A stretch of DNA of 64,000 nt, taken from positions 1 to 64,000 of IMG/VR virus record IMGVR_UViG_3300027793_000055; one strand, 5' to 3'. The notes under the pieces were generated by a model. The model was not told the DNA's origin and did not search any database. It worked only from the letters and a program-made list of their open reading frames with translations. A program made the position numbers and the translations under genes. Shown here in pieces: positions 27,838-38,416 of this stretch; position 1 is the stretch's first letter; each line of letters begins with the position of its first letter. The DNA comes from a virus.

Positions 27838-28639
27838 AAGAACAAGATGGGCAGGTAAATTGCTGTGTCATATCAACGCTTGGCACTATTGTACGATATA
27901 GGAGGCGTAATTGTCTTGCATCCAAAGCAGGCAGATTCTCTACAAACTGTTTAATTAAGTTTTTATCAGTGCTGCCATTGACTGAAACAAGATATGCTTT
28001 CATTTGTGAAGTTGAAGCTTCTTCTGGTAAATTAGCTTTTTTCTTTTTTTCTAGAAGTTCTGCTAATTCTACTTCGTCTTTTCCGGTCAAAGGTCTAACC
28101 TCAACGGTTGCTTTTGTTTTTGGTAATGAAAAAACAAATGTCTTGTTTGGTGTTAGTGTTACTCCTAGATCAGATAACGAATCACAGTGGCTGTGAGTAA
28201 GTTTCTCTAAATCAAATTCGTGTTTAACATTGGTGCCACAATTTGGGCAGGTAACTGCAGTCTTATATGAAGAACCGTAACCAGATATACGAGCACCGAC
28301 AATAAGTGCATTTTTATCACCTAATAACATATTATCTACTTTAATATTTTTATCAACAAGTAGACTTTCTAACATTCTATCAATAGCGACACCCTTTTTA
28401 ATAAGTGAACGAGAGGTAAGAATATCTTCCTCTTTCGCTGTCATAAATTTAATTTCAACTTTATCTTTACCTTTTAATGGATGACCTTCTGGATATAGTT
28501 CACCTTTTGATGGTAAATCAACAAACTCTGTTGGTGCCACAAAACTTAATTGACTATTTTGTGTTGTTTGAACCGGCATTTGTGCTGCTGGGGCATCTGT
28601 TTGAATCAATGCACCTAATCTATCTTCATTATCTCTCAT
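27785..28639 (-). CDS. Baseplate hub / tail assembly chaperone (T4 gp26-like)
   Basis: LPSKG..YP, MTAKEEDIL, GDKNAL..ARI.GYG, CPNC and CPSC; between tube and TMP genes. Confidence 0.8.
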   Translation of the reverse strand: MRDNEDRLGALIQTDAPAAQMPVQTTQNSQLSFVAPTEFVDLPSKGELYPEGHPLKGKDKVEIKFMTAKEEDILTSRSLIKKGVAIDRMLESLLVDKNIKVDNMLLGDKNALIVGARISGYGSSYKTAVTCPNCGTNVKHEFDLEKLTHSHCDSLSDLGVTLTPNKTFVFSLPKTKATVEVRPLTGKDEVELAELLEKKKKANLPEEASTSQMKAYLVSVNGSTDKNLIKQFVENLPALDARQLRLLYRTIVPSVDMTQQFTCPSCSFEQEMEVPFTVDFFWPK

Positions 28640-28650
28640 TTAACACCTCT

Positions 28651-28691
28651 AAAAAGAAATATGGGTATACCATTAAATATAGTATACCCAT
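28651..28691 (-). terminator. Intrinsic terminator after the tail tube gene
   Basis: atgggtatac...gtatacccat stem with a T-rich tail. Confidence 0.75.
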
Positions 28692-28715
28692 AAATTCTTT
28701 TTGTTAAGATTTAAA

Positions 28716-29315
28716 TCAGCGTGGTGTAAAGAGGTTATCTGAACCTTCATTAAATACACAGTAATCATAAGTAATTTCAATGTCTACTGTAGCAATACCA
28801 TCATCTTCATAACTTAATTCACTTGGTGTATATTTTGTTATAAATGCATTTTTTAATGTCCATTTTTCAACTTGTACACCTTCTGCATTTACCATAGTTA
28901 TGGTAACACCATTTGCTGCAGCAGCAGTAGGACCGGTAGCACCTGAGCTAAGAGAATCAACTGCTTTTGCTTTTGAGATAGTACCTAGACTGCCTTCATT
29001 TGAAGGAACAATATAGCCATTATCTGTTAAAACTTGCAATAATGATTTCATAGTATCATTACCGCTATTTGCTAAATCACCAACAGCACCACCAGCTGTA
29101 TCAACCATAGTAAGTGTAATAGGTTTCCACTCAGGACGACCTGGATAATTAAAAGTGTGATTTAGGTACTTATGTTGTTTTGAAGTTACTTCAATTGATG
29201 GTCTTCCAACTTTTGTTGCAAAGTACATATTGCCATTATAAATACCGTCAAATTGTACAACCCAACGATTTTGTCTTTTTGGTTCTATTCTGCCATCTGT
29301 CCAAAAATTTGCCAT
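28716..29315 (-). CDS. Tail tube protein (gp19-like)
   Basis: EPKRQNRW, YPGRPEW..ITLT..D, W.L.NAF....L.Y; follows the sheath gene. Confidence 0.88.
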   Translation of the reverse strand: MANFWTDGRIEPKRQNRWVVQFDGIYNGNMYFATKVGRPSIEVTSKQHKYLNHTFNYPGRPEWKPITLTMVDTAGGAVGDLANSGNDTMKSLLQVLTDNGYIVPSNEGSLGTISKAKAVDSLSSGATGPTAAAANGVTITMVNAEGVQVEKWTLKNAFITKYTPSELSYEDDGIATVDIEITYDYCVFNEGSDNLFTPR

Positions 29316-29363
29316 TTTATAAATCTCCTGTTATCACACTTAATTAGTATATTAATTTAATTA

Positions 29364-32183
29364 TCAAAGGTCATCAAAAGAAGCGCCACTATTTGTAATA
29401 ACAAAGTCGATACCAATAAACTCAATTGCGTAAGCTGGTTTGATAAAGATTTTTGCATACATAGTGTTTCTATCAATTAAATCTGGAGTGGTTGTTGTTT
29501 CATCAAGAACAACCTTATAATCAACGATACCACCACCTGACTTAGTGCTCTCCATTAATGGATTGACTTGGTTAAGGAAACGTTGCCAAGTTGTTTTAAT
29601 ATTTTGGTCAAATAGTAGACCAGAAGCAATACCTGAAATTTGTTTCTTGAGGAACAATACAAGTCTGCGTACATTGATTCTGTCAAGTGCAGATGGTGTA
29701 GCTTGCAAGGTCTTTTGACCAAATATAACAATACCTTCTGCTGGGAATCTTGCAATTGGATTGATATTGACTTCATAGAGATCATCACGTTGTGTTGCTT
29801 TTAGAACTTCACGAACGTCAGTTACAGTCAAACCAGCTGAACCACGGTCTAGACCGCCACGATTGAAACCAGCTGGAGCAAACCAAACTGCTGATACTTC
29901 TTGTGAAGAAGCCATAGTGCCAAGTGCTACAACAGATGGTGGTACCCAAAGATCGCCATTCTCACGTTGATCTTTAATCTTGACCCAAGGATAGTAAGCA
30001 CAAGCATAACTTGAGTTAAAGTCACGAGCCTTAACAGCATTAATGGTGTTTGTTACTGAACCTAGTCTTTCTTGTAGATTATCTTTTTCTACTAGATTTG
30101 TTTCTGCATCTGGGATATAACCACCGGCAACATCAATAATAGCTAGTGCATCAGCACGTGATTCACAGACTTCTATTACACGATTTGTTACTTTTTCATC
30201 TGTAACACCAGGAACTGTCATTAGATTCATATCTAGTGTTTCTGGATCAGCAACTGCTGCAATTGCTCTTCTTAGGGAATAAAGAGCATAATTTGTTTTA
30301 CCTTCAATATCTGAAACTCCTGCATTAGCTAGGAAGCTATTGCGGAATGGATCTTTTTCTGTTACACGTACACCATCGGTACCACCGAAAAGTGGCATAG
30401 TGAAGCGATTAAAGCCGGCATTAAGAACGTTCTTGTAACTTACATCTGAACCAGTTGCTGTGAATGAGTCACCAGCAGCACGTGAACCGGGTACCCAAAC
30501 CGCCAAAGTTGTTGAATCTACAGAAGCACTTACATCATCCAATGTAAATACTGGTGAATTTTGTGAACCTGTAGCAAGTGGATCAACTTCGTAAGAATCG
30601 AAACCAGCTGGTTTAGCTCTTAATAGATCTAGTACATCTTCATTAAAGACGCCATTTGCACCAAGTGAACAATTAATACCAAAATGTGTAGTAGCACCAC
30701 GTTGTGCTGCAGATTCAACCATTGGTATAGTTGGGAAAAGTAGTTCAACATCAACTGGGTTTGAAACAGAGCCACTAAATAGTGCAGCTACTTCTGAATT
30801 TACACCAGCAGCTAATTTGGCTGATACAAATTGAGGTGGACCAAAGAATCCGAAAGGTAGCAATTGTGCATCAAGAGCGCCTTGTTCAAGGAGTGAGTCC
30901 ATTTCAACACGAATAAAGTTTGAATTATTATCAAAATTACCAATTGTTCTGTGTTTTGCTTCAACATCATCCCAAATTGTCATTTTATCACCAATTAGTT
31001 TGGCAATAAAGTTTGGTGATGTTGGATCTAGATTGCAATTTGTAAATGTTTCTAGAACTTCCTGTCTTTTATCTGAATCATAAAGTTTACGAACTTTAAC
31101 AGTAAATGAACCATATTTGTTAAAGCTGCTATTTGATGGTTTAATATCTTCTATAGATACTTTAACATTCTTTTGTTCCCATTCGCCACTGCTATCGCCT
31201 TCTTCACCACCAAGAGTGGAGAATCTAAACAGTTTTGACATTAAAGATGGATCGAAAGAGTTAGTTGGAGCATCTAGATCTTGTGCTATAACCCAACCGG
31301 TTTTAGCTGGTTGAGCTTGTACGCCTAAATGATCACCAAGATTTGCAGAAGAAACATCTTGTAGAGCAACCAATGTAGCCATTACTTGTCCGGTGGCAGC
31401 TGCTGAACCGGTACCAATTTCTTCTCTTACAAAGGTTTCAAATGTCTCACCGAGCCAGTAGTTTTTTACTATTGCTGGTGGATTGATATCTGAGTTAGTG
31501 AGTACTGGATTTGTATTAAGTACTTTACGAATATGTTTAGCACTTGCTTTATTTAAATTAAAAGCTGTATCTACTTTTGTAGAGGCACCATCCATAACTT
31601 TAAGTCTAAACTCAAAGTCATCACCGGTACTCTTGACAAATACATTTGTACCAGATACCATACTACTACCAGTAAGATCGGTACCAACTAATTCTAGAGA
31701 ACCTGTAGCTAAATAAATAACAGCAGCCAAAGCGCCGGTTACATTTGAACCGGATGGAGCAACGAAAATACCCCAAGCGCCACCTTGTGAACTAGCTTCA
31801 CCAGAACCTGCAACCCAACCAGCTTTTGCTTCTTCGATATTATCTCTTTGTGGATGCTCAACACCCAGCAAACGTACAGCTGTTAAAGGTGAAGAATTTT
31901 TTAACCAAGCTTCTGCAGCATATGCAGCATAGGTTGGAGATTGTAATTGTCCAGTTCTCCATACATCGCTTCTTGTACTGTTAACAACACCGCGTGTTGG
32001 ACTACCAAAGGTGTTATCAAAATCAATATAGCTTTCAACTGTAACCGGTACCATACCTGGACCATGTTGAAATCTACCAACTACAACTGGACCGATTGCA
32101 CCAATATTGGCTGTTAATACGGAACGGTCGATTTCATTAATTTTTACACCCGGTGATACGAAGCGAAATCTTTTAGCTGTCAT
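29364..32183 (-). CDS. Tail sheath protein (gp18-like)
   Basis: SPGV..EID, WFAPAGFNRG, RDDLYEVNINPI, GQKTL, LDRINVRRL. Confidence 0.95.
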   Translation of the reverse strand: MTAKRFRFVSPGVKINEIDRSVLTANIGAIGPVVVGRFQHGPGMVPVTVESYIDFDNTFGSPTRGVVNSTRSDVWRTGQLQSPTYAAYAAEAWLKNSSPLTAVRLLGVEHPQRDNIEEAKAGWVAGSGEASSQGGAWGIFVAPSGSNVTGALAAVIYLATGSLELVGTDLTGSSMVSGTNVFVKSTGDDFEFRLKVMDGASTKVDTAFNLNKASAKHIRKVLNTNPVLTNSDINPPAIVKNYWLGETFETFVREEIGTGSAAATGQVMATLVALQDVSSANLGDHLGVQAQPAKTGWVIAQDLDAPTNSFDPSLMSKLFRFSTLGGEEGDSSGEWEQKNVKVSIEDIKPSNSSFNKYGSFTVKVRKLYDSDKRQEVLETFTNCNLDPTSPNFIAKLIGDKMTIWDDVEAKHRTIGNFDNNSNFIRVEMDSLLEQGALDAQLLPFGFFGPPQFVSAKLAAGVNSEVAALFSGSVSNPVDVELLFPTIPMVESAAQRGATTHFGINCSLGANGVFNEDVLDLLRAKPAGFDSYEVDPLATGSQNSPVFTLDDVSASVDSTTLAVWVPGSRAAGDSFTATGSDVSYKNVLNAGFNRFTMPLFGGTDGVRVTEKDPFRNSFLANAGVSDIEGKTNYALYSLRRAIAAVADPETLDMNLMTVPGVTDEKVTNRVIEVCESRADALAIIDVAGGYIPDAETNLVEKDNLQERLGSVTNTINAVKARDFNSSYACAYYPWVKIKDQRENGDLWVPPSVVALGTMASSQEVSAVWFAPAGFNRGGLDRGSAGLTVTDVREVLKATQRDDLYEVNINPIARFPAEGIVIFGQKTLQATPSALDRINVRRLVLFLKKQISGIASGLLFDQNIKTTWQRFLNQVNPLMESTKSGGGIVDYKVVLDETTTTPDLIDRNTMYAKIFIKPAYAIEFIGIDFVITNSGASFDDL

Positions 32184-32253
32184 TATACAATTCTCCTCTA
32201 AAATTAACTTTTCTAAAATAAATAGTGCTGTTTGTGGTCAAAAGCTGATGTTT

Positions 32254-33075
32254 TTACCATTTCTTTTTATATAGTGAGTTTTCATCTGTTAAAGTATACT
32301 CTCTTGGAATTTTAACTTCAACTGCATTTTCTCTATAAATTATGTTTGGTTCATTCTCATTATTACCAGAATTAACCATATGGCCAACTACATTTAATTT
32401 TATAGTTGTCTTGAACATTCTTTCTTCTTGTTCTAACTTATCTCCATTATGTTCAATGGCATAGTTAGAATCAATAAAGACTTCAAAACGATGACCTTCA
32501 TTTTCAAGAACAAAATAATTTCCAGCACCTGTATATACAAGAAATGGCTGAGTTAATTCATTCATTTGTTGTTGATATTCTGTTCTTAAATCAATTTGGT
32601 ATTCAAAATTGGCTTGTACAGGAAATTTAATAGATTTAAAGCCATAAACTATTTTTTTATTTTCTCTTTTGGAGTTTGGTTGACCAGTCTTTTTCTGTGA
32701 ATCTGCATTAGCAAAATTAGTAGTCTTATCTTGATTAATTTGTTTTACTAAAATATAATCATCTTTAAAAAGATTTGGGACAACATTACCAGGAAATATA
32801 CCTTTTACTTTTAGATCTTTATTAATTGCGGTTCTTTTAACAGTAATTACTGGTAGAATAAAACTGCCATCATTTTGTCTTAAATCCTTATTATTTTTAA
32901 TCTGGAAAGATCTTTCACCGGAAACCCATATAACTGGTGTTTTTGCCCATCCTTTATTTGTTGTGGTATATAGATTCATTACTTCATCTAGCCATTTATA
33001 GACAGCTAGATCAATATTTTCTATCTTAGATGGATCCAGAGGAAATTTTCCATTACCTTCTTTTTGATTATTCAT
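32254..33075 (-). CDS. Tail terminator / sheath stabiliser (gp15-like)
   Basis: IDLAVY.W, LP.I...R, YQ.QMNEL; position between neck and sheath genes. Confidence 0.65.
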   Translation of the reverse strand: MNNQKEGNGKFPLDPSKIENIDLAVYKWLDEVMNLYTTTNKGWAKTPVIWVSGERSFQIKNNKDLRQNDGSFILPVITVKRTAINKDLKVKGIFPGNVVPNLFKDDYILVKQINQDKTTNFANADSQKKTGQPNSKRENKKIVYGFKSIKFPVQANFEYQIDLRTEYQQQMNELTQPFLVYTGAGNYFVLENEGHRFEVFIDSNYAIEHNGDKLEQEERMFKTTIKLNVVGHMVNSGNNENEPNIIYRENAVEVKIPREYTLTDENSLYKKKW

Positions 33076-33079
33076 TTAT

Positions 33080-33931
33080 CTATTCCTCAGTAATTTCAAA
33101 AATACCATTACCAAATGGTCCATCTTCAAAGATTTCAAATGCAAATGGTGATGTGTACCAAATACCACCTTCATTATAGTAGAATTTATTAGCTATTTGA
33201 AAAGGTGGTGGATGATAATCTCCCAAAGCTGTTAGATAAATGACACATCCTTTATAATTCTGTGGATTTTCATTATAATCGATAAATTGTGGGAGATCTT
33301 GAGAATTATTTGCAGCACTAATTTTTCTAATTGTACCACGACAGCCCTCGACAACATCTCCCATATTGACAACTTTACCATCTTCTGTCAATTCACGGAA
33401 TATTTCAAGAACCTGATCAATTTCTGCCGGGTATTCAAATAAACCTTTTCTTGCTGTAATACATTGTGATATTATTTCAAATCTGTGTTCAGCTTGTCCA
33501 AACAATTGACGAGGGATATTAGCTGTAACTATTTCATAAAAACGACCACCATAGAATACAAAATCGCCTTCACGAACAAATAAATTCTGATCCTGTGTTA
33601 ATCTTCTGCGATGAAAATTAACAGTTATTTTGGTTTTCTTGTCAAGACCAAACTGATCAGTGGCTGTTTCAATACCTTCAAATTTAACTAAAGCATGCAC
33701 ACGAACAGGAGGTAGAAAGTTTTTTTCTATTGCCTCTCCATAAACTGGATGGAAATTAGTATGTGTATAACTTATAGGAAAATAGAGAATTGTTTGACCA
33801 ATTACTCGTTCAATTACCTCATCATTAACTTGTTTAACAAGATCGCGTTCCTTTTCTCCAAGGAACATTGGTGGTGGAGGATTTGAAGGCTGTTCCCATT
33901 TATTAAATTTAGAATTCTTTTTTCTAGCCAT
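33080..33931 (-). CDS. Neck / head closure protein (gp14-like) with C-terminal extension
   Basis: ELIERVIGQ.ILYF..YGE..K.F, FHRRRL..VREGDF. Confidence 0.7.
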   Translation of the reverse strand: MARKKNSKFNKWEQPSNPPPPMFLGEKERDLVKQVNDEVIERVIGQTILYFPISYTHTNFHPVYGEAIEKNFLPPVRVHALVKFEGIETATDQFGLDKKTKITVNFHRRRLTQDQNLFVREGDFVFYGGRFYEIVTANIPRQLFGQAEHRFEIISQCITARKGLFEYPAEIDQVLEIFRELTEDGKVVNMGDVVEGCRGTIRKISAANNSQDLPQFIDYNENPQNYKGCVIYLTALGDYHPPPFQIANKFYYNEGGIWYTSPFAFEIFEDGPFGNGIFEITEE

Positions 33932-33940
33932 TTTTTAGCC

Positions 33941-35221
33941 TCAACCAGTGAATATGACCATTGGTACTTTATCGATTGTTTTTTGAACATTCTCGCCAAT
34001 ATTAGCAGTTTGTTCAGCTAATTTATCATAAGTCATTTCTGCCAAGATAGTTTTCATTTCTTCGCGGAGAGCAGTCATTTCTTCTTTTGCTTGAGCTAGT
34101 AAAGAATCAGCATTTAATTTAACACTTTCTCCTGGAATTGGAACACTATCAAACTTGCCACGAATCTGTCCTAACATCTCTTTACAAATTGCAAGAGCAA
34201 AACGTCGAATCCACTGTTTACCAATTGAGTTTATATTTTCATATGGAATGTTGGTAAAAGGAAGTGTATTAATATTATTAACACCACCGGCTCTATCACT
34301 TTGAGTCGATGCTGAGCCACTTGGACCTGATTCACCATAACTAAACACACCTTGTGGAATAGTAAATTCAATCCAGATTGACTGTAAATCTGTGCCGGTT
34401 GGAATAGGAAACATTCGCAATTTATTATTTCTAATCTCATAAGAATAATGTGAGATACGTGTATAAATATTATCTTCATAAGCCATCGCTTGTGCTTTGT
34501 TGTGCCAAGCAGGAATAACTTCAAATGTGCTATCATCAGCAAATTGACCATAAGTACTTAAATTACCTACAGTATTTATACCACCATAATATCCATAGAA
34601 TCTCCACATAGCTCTTGGAGACTTATAATAAACTTTTCTTACTTCTACTTTTTTATCAATTAAACCAGCAAAAGGAGAACCGGGTATCTGACTGGCAGTT
34701 ACTAATGCAGTCTGAACATCATAGTCTTGTTGATCTCCCACAATTGGTATTGAAGCTGAAAATACTGTTAAATTACCGCCTACTCCTGCCATTTCAGACG
34801 TTCTTGTCATAACTTCTTTTGCATAACCAATATCAAAAGACGGTAATAATAGTTGTGGATTTTGCCCAGCTAATGCACTACCAGAAGAAAATTCACCATC
34901 ACTATTAAAAGTACCAGTTGGTGAGCCAAGAGAGTTAGCCAACACATTTCTTGATTGATGAACGTTGATTATATAACTGTATTCCAATACAGCTGCTTCA
35001 TAAGCTGCGTATACATTTTGTTCAGTTAACTCTATATCAAGTACATCGCCACCAAGCATTTTATATGTAAATGCAACCTGATCAACAGCGCCAGTTATAA
35101 AATCAGAATTTGTTGCATATATACCAAAAGGTAAACTAGCAGTAACACGACTAGCTGTACCAATAGCCGGTAATACAATTGCACTTATTTGACTTTTTGG
35201 TGCTAATACAGGTAATGCCAT
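33941..35221 (-). CDS. Neck / head-tail adaptor protein (gp13-like)
   Basis: LGGDVLDIELT..YE.A..EY, WIRRFALA..KEMLG.IRGK. Confidence 0.75.
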   Translation of the reverse strand: MALPVLAPKSQISAIVLPAIGTASRVTASLPFGIYATNSDFITGAVDQVAFTYKMLGGDVLDIELTEQNVYAAYEAAVLEYSYIINVHQSRNVLANSLGSPTGTFNSDGEFSSGSALAGQNPQLLLPSFDIGYAKEVMTRTSEMAGVGGNLTVFSASIPIVGDQQDYDVQTALVTASQIPGSPFAGLIDKKVEVRKVYYKSPRAMWRFYGYYGGINTVGNLSTYGQFADDSTFEVIPAWHNKAQAMAYEDNIYTRISHYSYEIRNNKLRMFPIPTGTDLQSIWIEFTIPQGVFSYGESGPSGSASTQSDRAGGVNNINTLPFTNIPYENINSIGKQWIRRFALAICKEMLGQIRGKFDSVPIPGESVKLNADSLLAQAKEEMTALREEMKTILAEMTYDKLAEQTANIGENVQKTIDKVPMVIFTG

Positions 35222-35268
35222 TTTAATATAACTCCTAAGTTATTTAGTAAATAGTTTTAATATTTATT

Positions 35269-35301
35269 AAAAACAAAACCCACCATATTTCAGGTGGGTT
35301 T
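35269..35301 (-). terminator. Repeated terminator copy 1 (aaacccacc-N8-ggtgggttt + T tract)
   Basis: Identical hairpin at 36837-36869 and 38257-38291. Confidence 0.85.
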
Positions 35302-35320
35302 ATAAATTTATTATCTTCTA

Positions 35321-36778
35321 TCAAACACCAGTTGTTGGATGTGAATCTGGCGGTGTAAAGTTTGTTGTATATCTTGCGATACCTTGAGTCAGCCTAAGAT
35401 CATCAATATAACCATTTAAATATCTCAAAGCACTATTGCTTCTATGAAAACCAACATAAAAAGTTGTAGGAAGTGTAGCTATAGAAGAAGCTAAACTTGA
35501 GCCTCTTAATATACCATTAATAAATAATCTCACAGTTGTTCCATCATTAGAAAGTGCAACATGGTTCCAACTGTTTAGAGAAACAAGACCGGCAGCCGTT
35601 GCGAATTGCCATATTGGAGTTTGAGAGTTTCCAAATCCATTTGCTGTCATACTTCCATTTAAATTTACAGCTAATTGAACTCTATTGATATTTGATGTTG
35701 TGGTGCCATTATAAAATAAACCACTACCATTTGTAGCATCTCCATAAGAATTAAGATAAAACCAGGTTTCTATAGTATAAGAGCCGCTTAGTTTAAGGTT
35801 TGAATTACTAAGAGAAAGATAATCGTTAGTTCCGTCAAAATAAGCACTACCAGTGATTGCTGTTACGATATTAGCAAGTGGCGACACGTCGCTGATTTGC
35901 GGTGAACCACGTCCTATTGTTATTGAATAGTTATTAGGTCCGTTGTCCTTGAATATACGTCCCTGGCAAGTTAATAATATCGTTCCAGAAATAGATTGTA
36001 GTGCAGTGGTTGGCGGGGAGAATGCAGACGTATAAACAGAAGTTCCACAAATTCTTAGATTTGATAGGTGGCAGTCGGTTCTGCCATAGTCGCCTCCGTT
36101 GGGATTTGGTGTTGAACCACCAATTGTGATGCTTTCTGCTGTTCCGTTATTTAACGGTGTATTAAATACTTCTTGTAACTCCAATACTCCATCTACAAAT
36201 ATTCTGTAAGTTGTACCTTGTTTGACAAAGGCTAGATGGTGCCAGTTGCCGTCATCTACGCGAGAAACAGAAAAGAATGACTTAATATTGACCGGCCATC
36301 CCGTACCGTGATACACGGTAAAATAAAACTTACCAACGTTGGTTCCAGACTCCATCACGCTGGCCACCCAAGAATTTCCTGTATCAGAATGCATGTCTGA
36401 TTTTGCCGCTATAGTAGCTCGCTGGGAATTAGAACTGCCACGGAACCATGTTTCAAATGTCCAATTTGTTCCTATATTTCCACCAACGATAGCGCCGTTG
36501 ACTAGTAGATAGTTTTTCCTTATGCTATCGGCTTGTGATGGAAAATAAATGCTCCATTTACCATCTTCTTTATTGTGCGGACTAAATGAGTCAATCCGGG
36601 TATTACCAAACCTTGAGATGGCAAGATTATTAACACTGCTGTCAACAAAAGTTGTGCTATTGTTAGCCCCGGCTGCTTTCAATAATAGTGATACATTTGA
36701 AAAATAAGGATCGGTTGTTGGAATATTTGTAGGCTCACTGCCAGTTGTTTGATTTTCTGCTTCACTATAAAAAAACAT
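35321..36778 (-). CDS. MFFY-leader protein with two LamG/concanavalin-A-like domains (putative virion decoration/adhesin)
   Basis: DPYFSNVSLLL..DSS, WHHLAFV..IFVDG, WNHVAL..LFING, GYIDDLRLT. Confidence 0.8.
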   Translation of the reverse strand: MFFYSEAENQTTGSEPTNIPTTDPYFSNVSLLLKAAGANNSTTFVDSSVNNLAISRFGNTRIDSFSPHNKEDGKWSIYFPSQADSIRKNYLLVNGAIVGGNIGTNWTFETWFRGSSNSQRATIAAKSDMHSDTGNSWVASVMESGTNVGKFYFTVYHGTGWPVNIKSFFSVSRVDDGNWHHLAFVKQGTTYRIFVDGVLELQEVFNTPLNNGTAESITIGGSTPNPNGGDYGRTDCHLSNLRICGTSVYTSAFSPPTTALQSISGTILLTCQGRIFKDNGPNNYSITIGRGSPQISDVSPLANIVTAITGSAYFDGTNDYLSLSNSNLKLSGSYTIETWFYLNSYGDATNGSGLFYNGTTTSNINRVQLAVNLNGSMTANGFGNSQTPIWQFATAAGLVSLNSWNHVALSNDGTTVRLFINGILRGSSLASSIATLPTTFYVGFHRSNSALRYLNGYIDDLRLTQGIARYTTNFTPPDSHPTTGV

Positions 36779-36836
36779 CTTTTATTTCTCCTGTCATTGA
36801 AGATAAATATAGATATAAATAGTTTTAGAATAATTC

Positions 36837-36869
36837 AAAAACAAAACCCACCATATTTCAGGTGGGTTT
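36837..36869 (-). terminator. Repeated terminator copy 2
   Basis: Same hairpin as copy 1. Confidence 0.85.
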
Positions 36870-36892
36870 GTGTTGGTAATTATACTTACTGT

Positions 36893-38197
36893 TTATTCTT
36901 CATTGAATACATAAGCAAGACCAGACTCATTGCCGCTTGTTGATTTTTCATCTCTCCACGCACCAACGATAACACGATCACCGGCAGAATTCATTGCAAC
37001 TGAATATCCAAACTGATCATCATTGGTTGCCAAACTTCCACTTAGGATAGGCTGCTGCTGTGTCCAGCCGGTTGTTCCACTAACAAATATATAAGCAAGA
37101 CCAGAAGAACCAACTCCACCACTACCAGTTATTTCGTCTAGACGAGCACCAACAATGATACGATCACCGGCAGAATTCATTGCAACAGACCAACCAAACC
37201 AATCATCAGTATTATTTGCAAAAGTTCCGCTTATGATGGGTTGTTGTGACCAACCACCAGTTCCACTTACAAATACATAAGCAAGACCTTCGTTGTAATT
37301 AGTTGCTTGGCTAACTCTTTCATCCAAATATGCACCAACAACAACACGATCACCAGCAGAATTCATCGCAACTGAATTACCAAATTGTTCATTGGAACTA
37401 GTTGCCAAGGTGCCACTTAGAACATGCTGCTGAGTCCAGCCACCAGTTCCACTTACAAATATATAGGCAAGACCTTCTGAGAGAGGGCCTCCGCTTCTTT
37501 CATCTTGCCCAGCACCAACGATAACACGATCACCAGCTGAATTCATTGCAACTGAATTACCGAATTGATCAGTTGAATTAACTGCTAAAGTTCCACTTAA
37601 TATATGTTGCTCTACCCATCCACTTGCTCCACTGACATATATATAAGCAAGTCCTTCTGAAATCTGGCCACCACTTCTTTCATCCAATTGGGCACCAACA
37701 ATAATACGATCACCTACGGAATTCATTGCAACTGCACTACCGAATTGATCACTAGTAGTTGCAAAAGTTCCGGTTGGGATAAGTTGTTGTGACCAACCAC
37801 CGGCTCCGCTGACGAATACATAAGCAAGACCTTGTGTGATGCTGGCTGGTCCCAATTCATCTAGCCGAGCACCAATAACAACACGATCACCAGCAGAATT
37901 CATTGCAACTGAATTGCCAAAATTATCATTTAAATCTATTGCAAAACTTCCACTTAGAACAATTTGTTCATTCCACCCACCGGTTCCACTAACATATATA
38001 TAAGCAAGCCCAGAAGAACCACTTCCGCCACTTCTTTCATCTTGCCACGCACCAACGATAACACGATCACCGGCAGAATTCATTGCAACTGAATATCCAA
38101 AATTGTCAGTTAAATCGGTTGCCAAAGTACCAGATAAAATCTGCTTTTCTTTCCAATTTTTTATTATATTTTCAATTATTTCTCTATAAAAAAACAT
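36893..38197 (-). CDS. MFFY-leader protein with seven FG-GAP repeats (7-blade beta-propeller)
   Basis: Seven counted repeats of FG.SVAMNSAGDR(V/I)(I/V)VGA..DE...GLAY. Confidence 0.88.
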   Translation of the reverse strand: MFFYREIIENIIKNWKEKQILSGTLATDLTDNFGYSVAMNSAGDRVIVGAWQDERSGGSGSSGLAYIYVSGTGGWNEQIVLSGSFAIDLNDNFGNSVAMNSAGDRVVIGARLDELGPASITQGLAYVFVSGAGGWSQQLIPTGTFATTSDQFGSAVAMNSVGDRIIVGAQLDERSGGQISEGLAYIYVSGASGWVEQHILSGTLAVNSTDQFGNSVAMNSAGDRVIVGAGQDERSGGPLSEGLAYIFVSGTGGWTQQHVLSGTLATSSNEQFGNSVAMNSAGDRVVVGAYLDERVSQATNYNEGLAYVFVSGTGGWSQQPIISGTFANNTDDWFGWSVAMNSAGDRIIVGARLDEITGSGGVGSSGLAYIFVSGTTGWTQQQPILSGSLATNDDQFGYSVAMNSAGDRVIVGAWRDEKSTSGNESGLAYVFNEE

Positions 38198-38256
38198 CTT
38201 TTGTATCCCATCCTTTACTAGCTTATTAGTAAGTGTAAATAGTTTTGTAATAGTTT

Positions 38257-38291
38257 AAAAAAACAAAACCCACCATATTTCAGGTGGGTTT
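38257..38291 (-). terminator. Repeated terminator copy 3
   Basis: Same hairpin as copy 1. Confidence 0.85.
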
Positions 38292-38310
38292 AAAAAATTA
38301 TTATCTTCTA

Positions 38311-38406
38311 TCAAGCACCAGCTACTTTTAACAATAACGATACACTTATAAAATATGTATCGGGTATGACTACTGATTAAATTGGGTCTGCTGCTTCACT
38401 ATGAAT
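38311..38406 (-). pseudogene. Internal-deletion remnant of a LamG-cassette paralog
   Basis: Reads HSEAADPI*SVVIPDTYFISVSLLLKVAGA*, matching YSEAE..DPYFSNVSLLLKAAGA, fused to the same 3' end (tgatagaagataataa) as 35321..36778. Confidence 0.7.
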
Positions 38407-38416
38407 GCACCTAAAT

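Noticed and set aside
36893-38197. FG-GAP nucleotide repeats as a DGR template/variable region
   Set aside because: The repeats are in-frame propeller blades; there is no reverse transcriptase and no adenine-specific TR/VR pair was seen.
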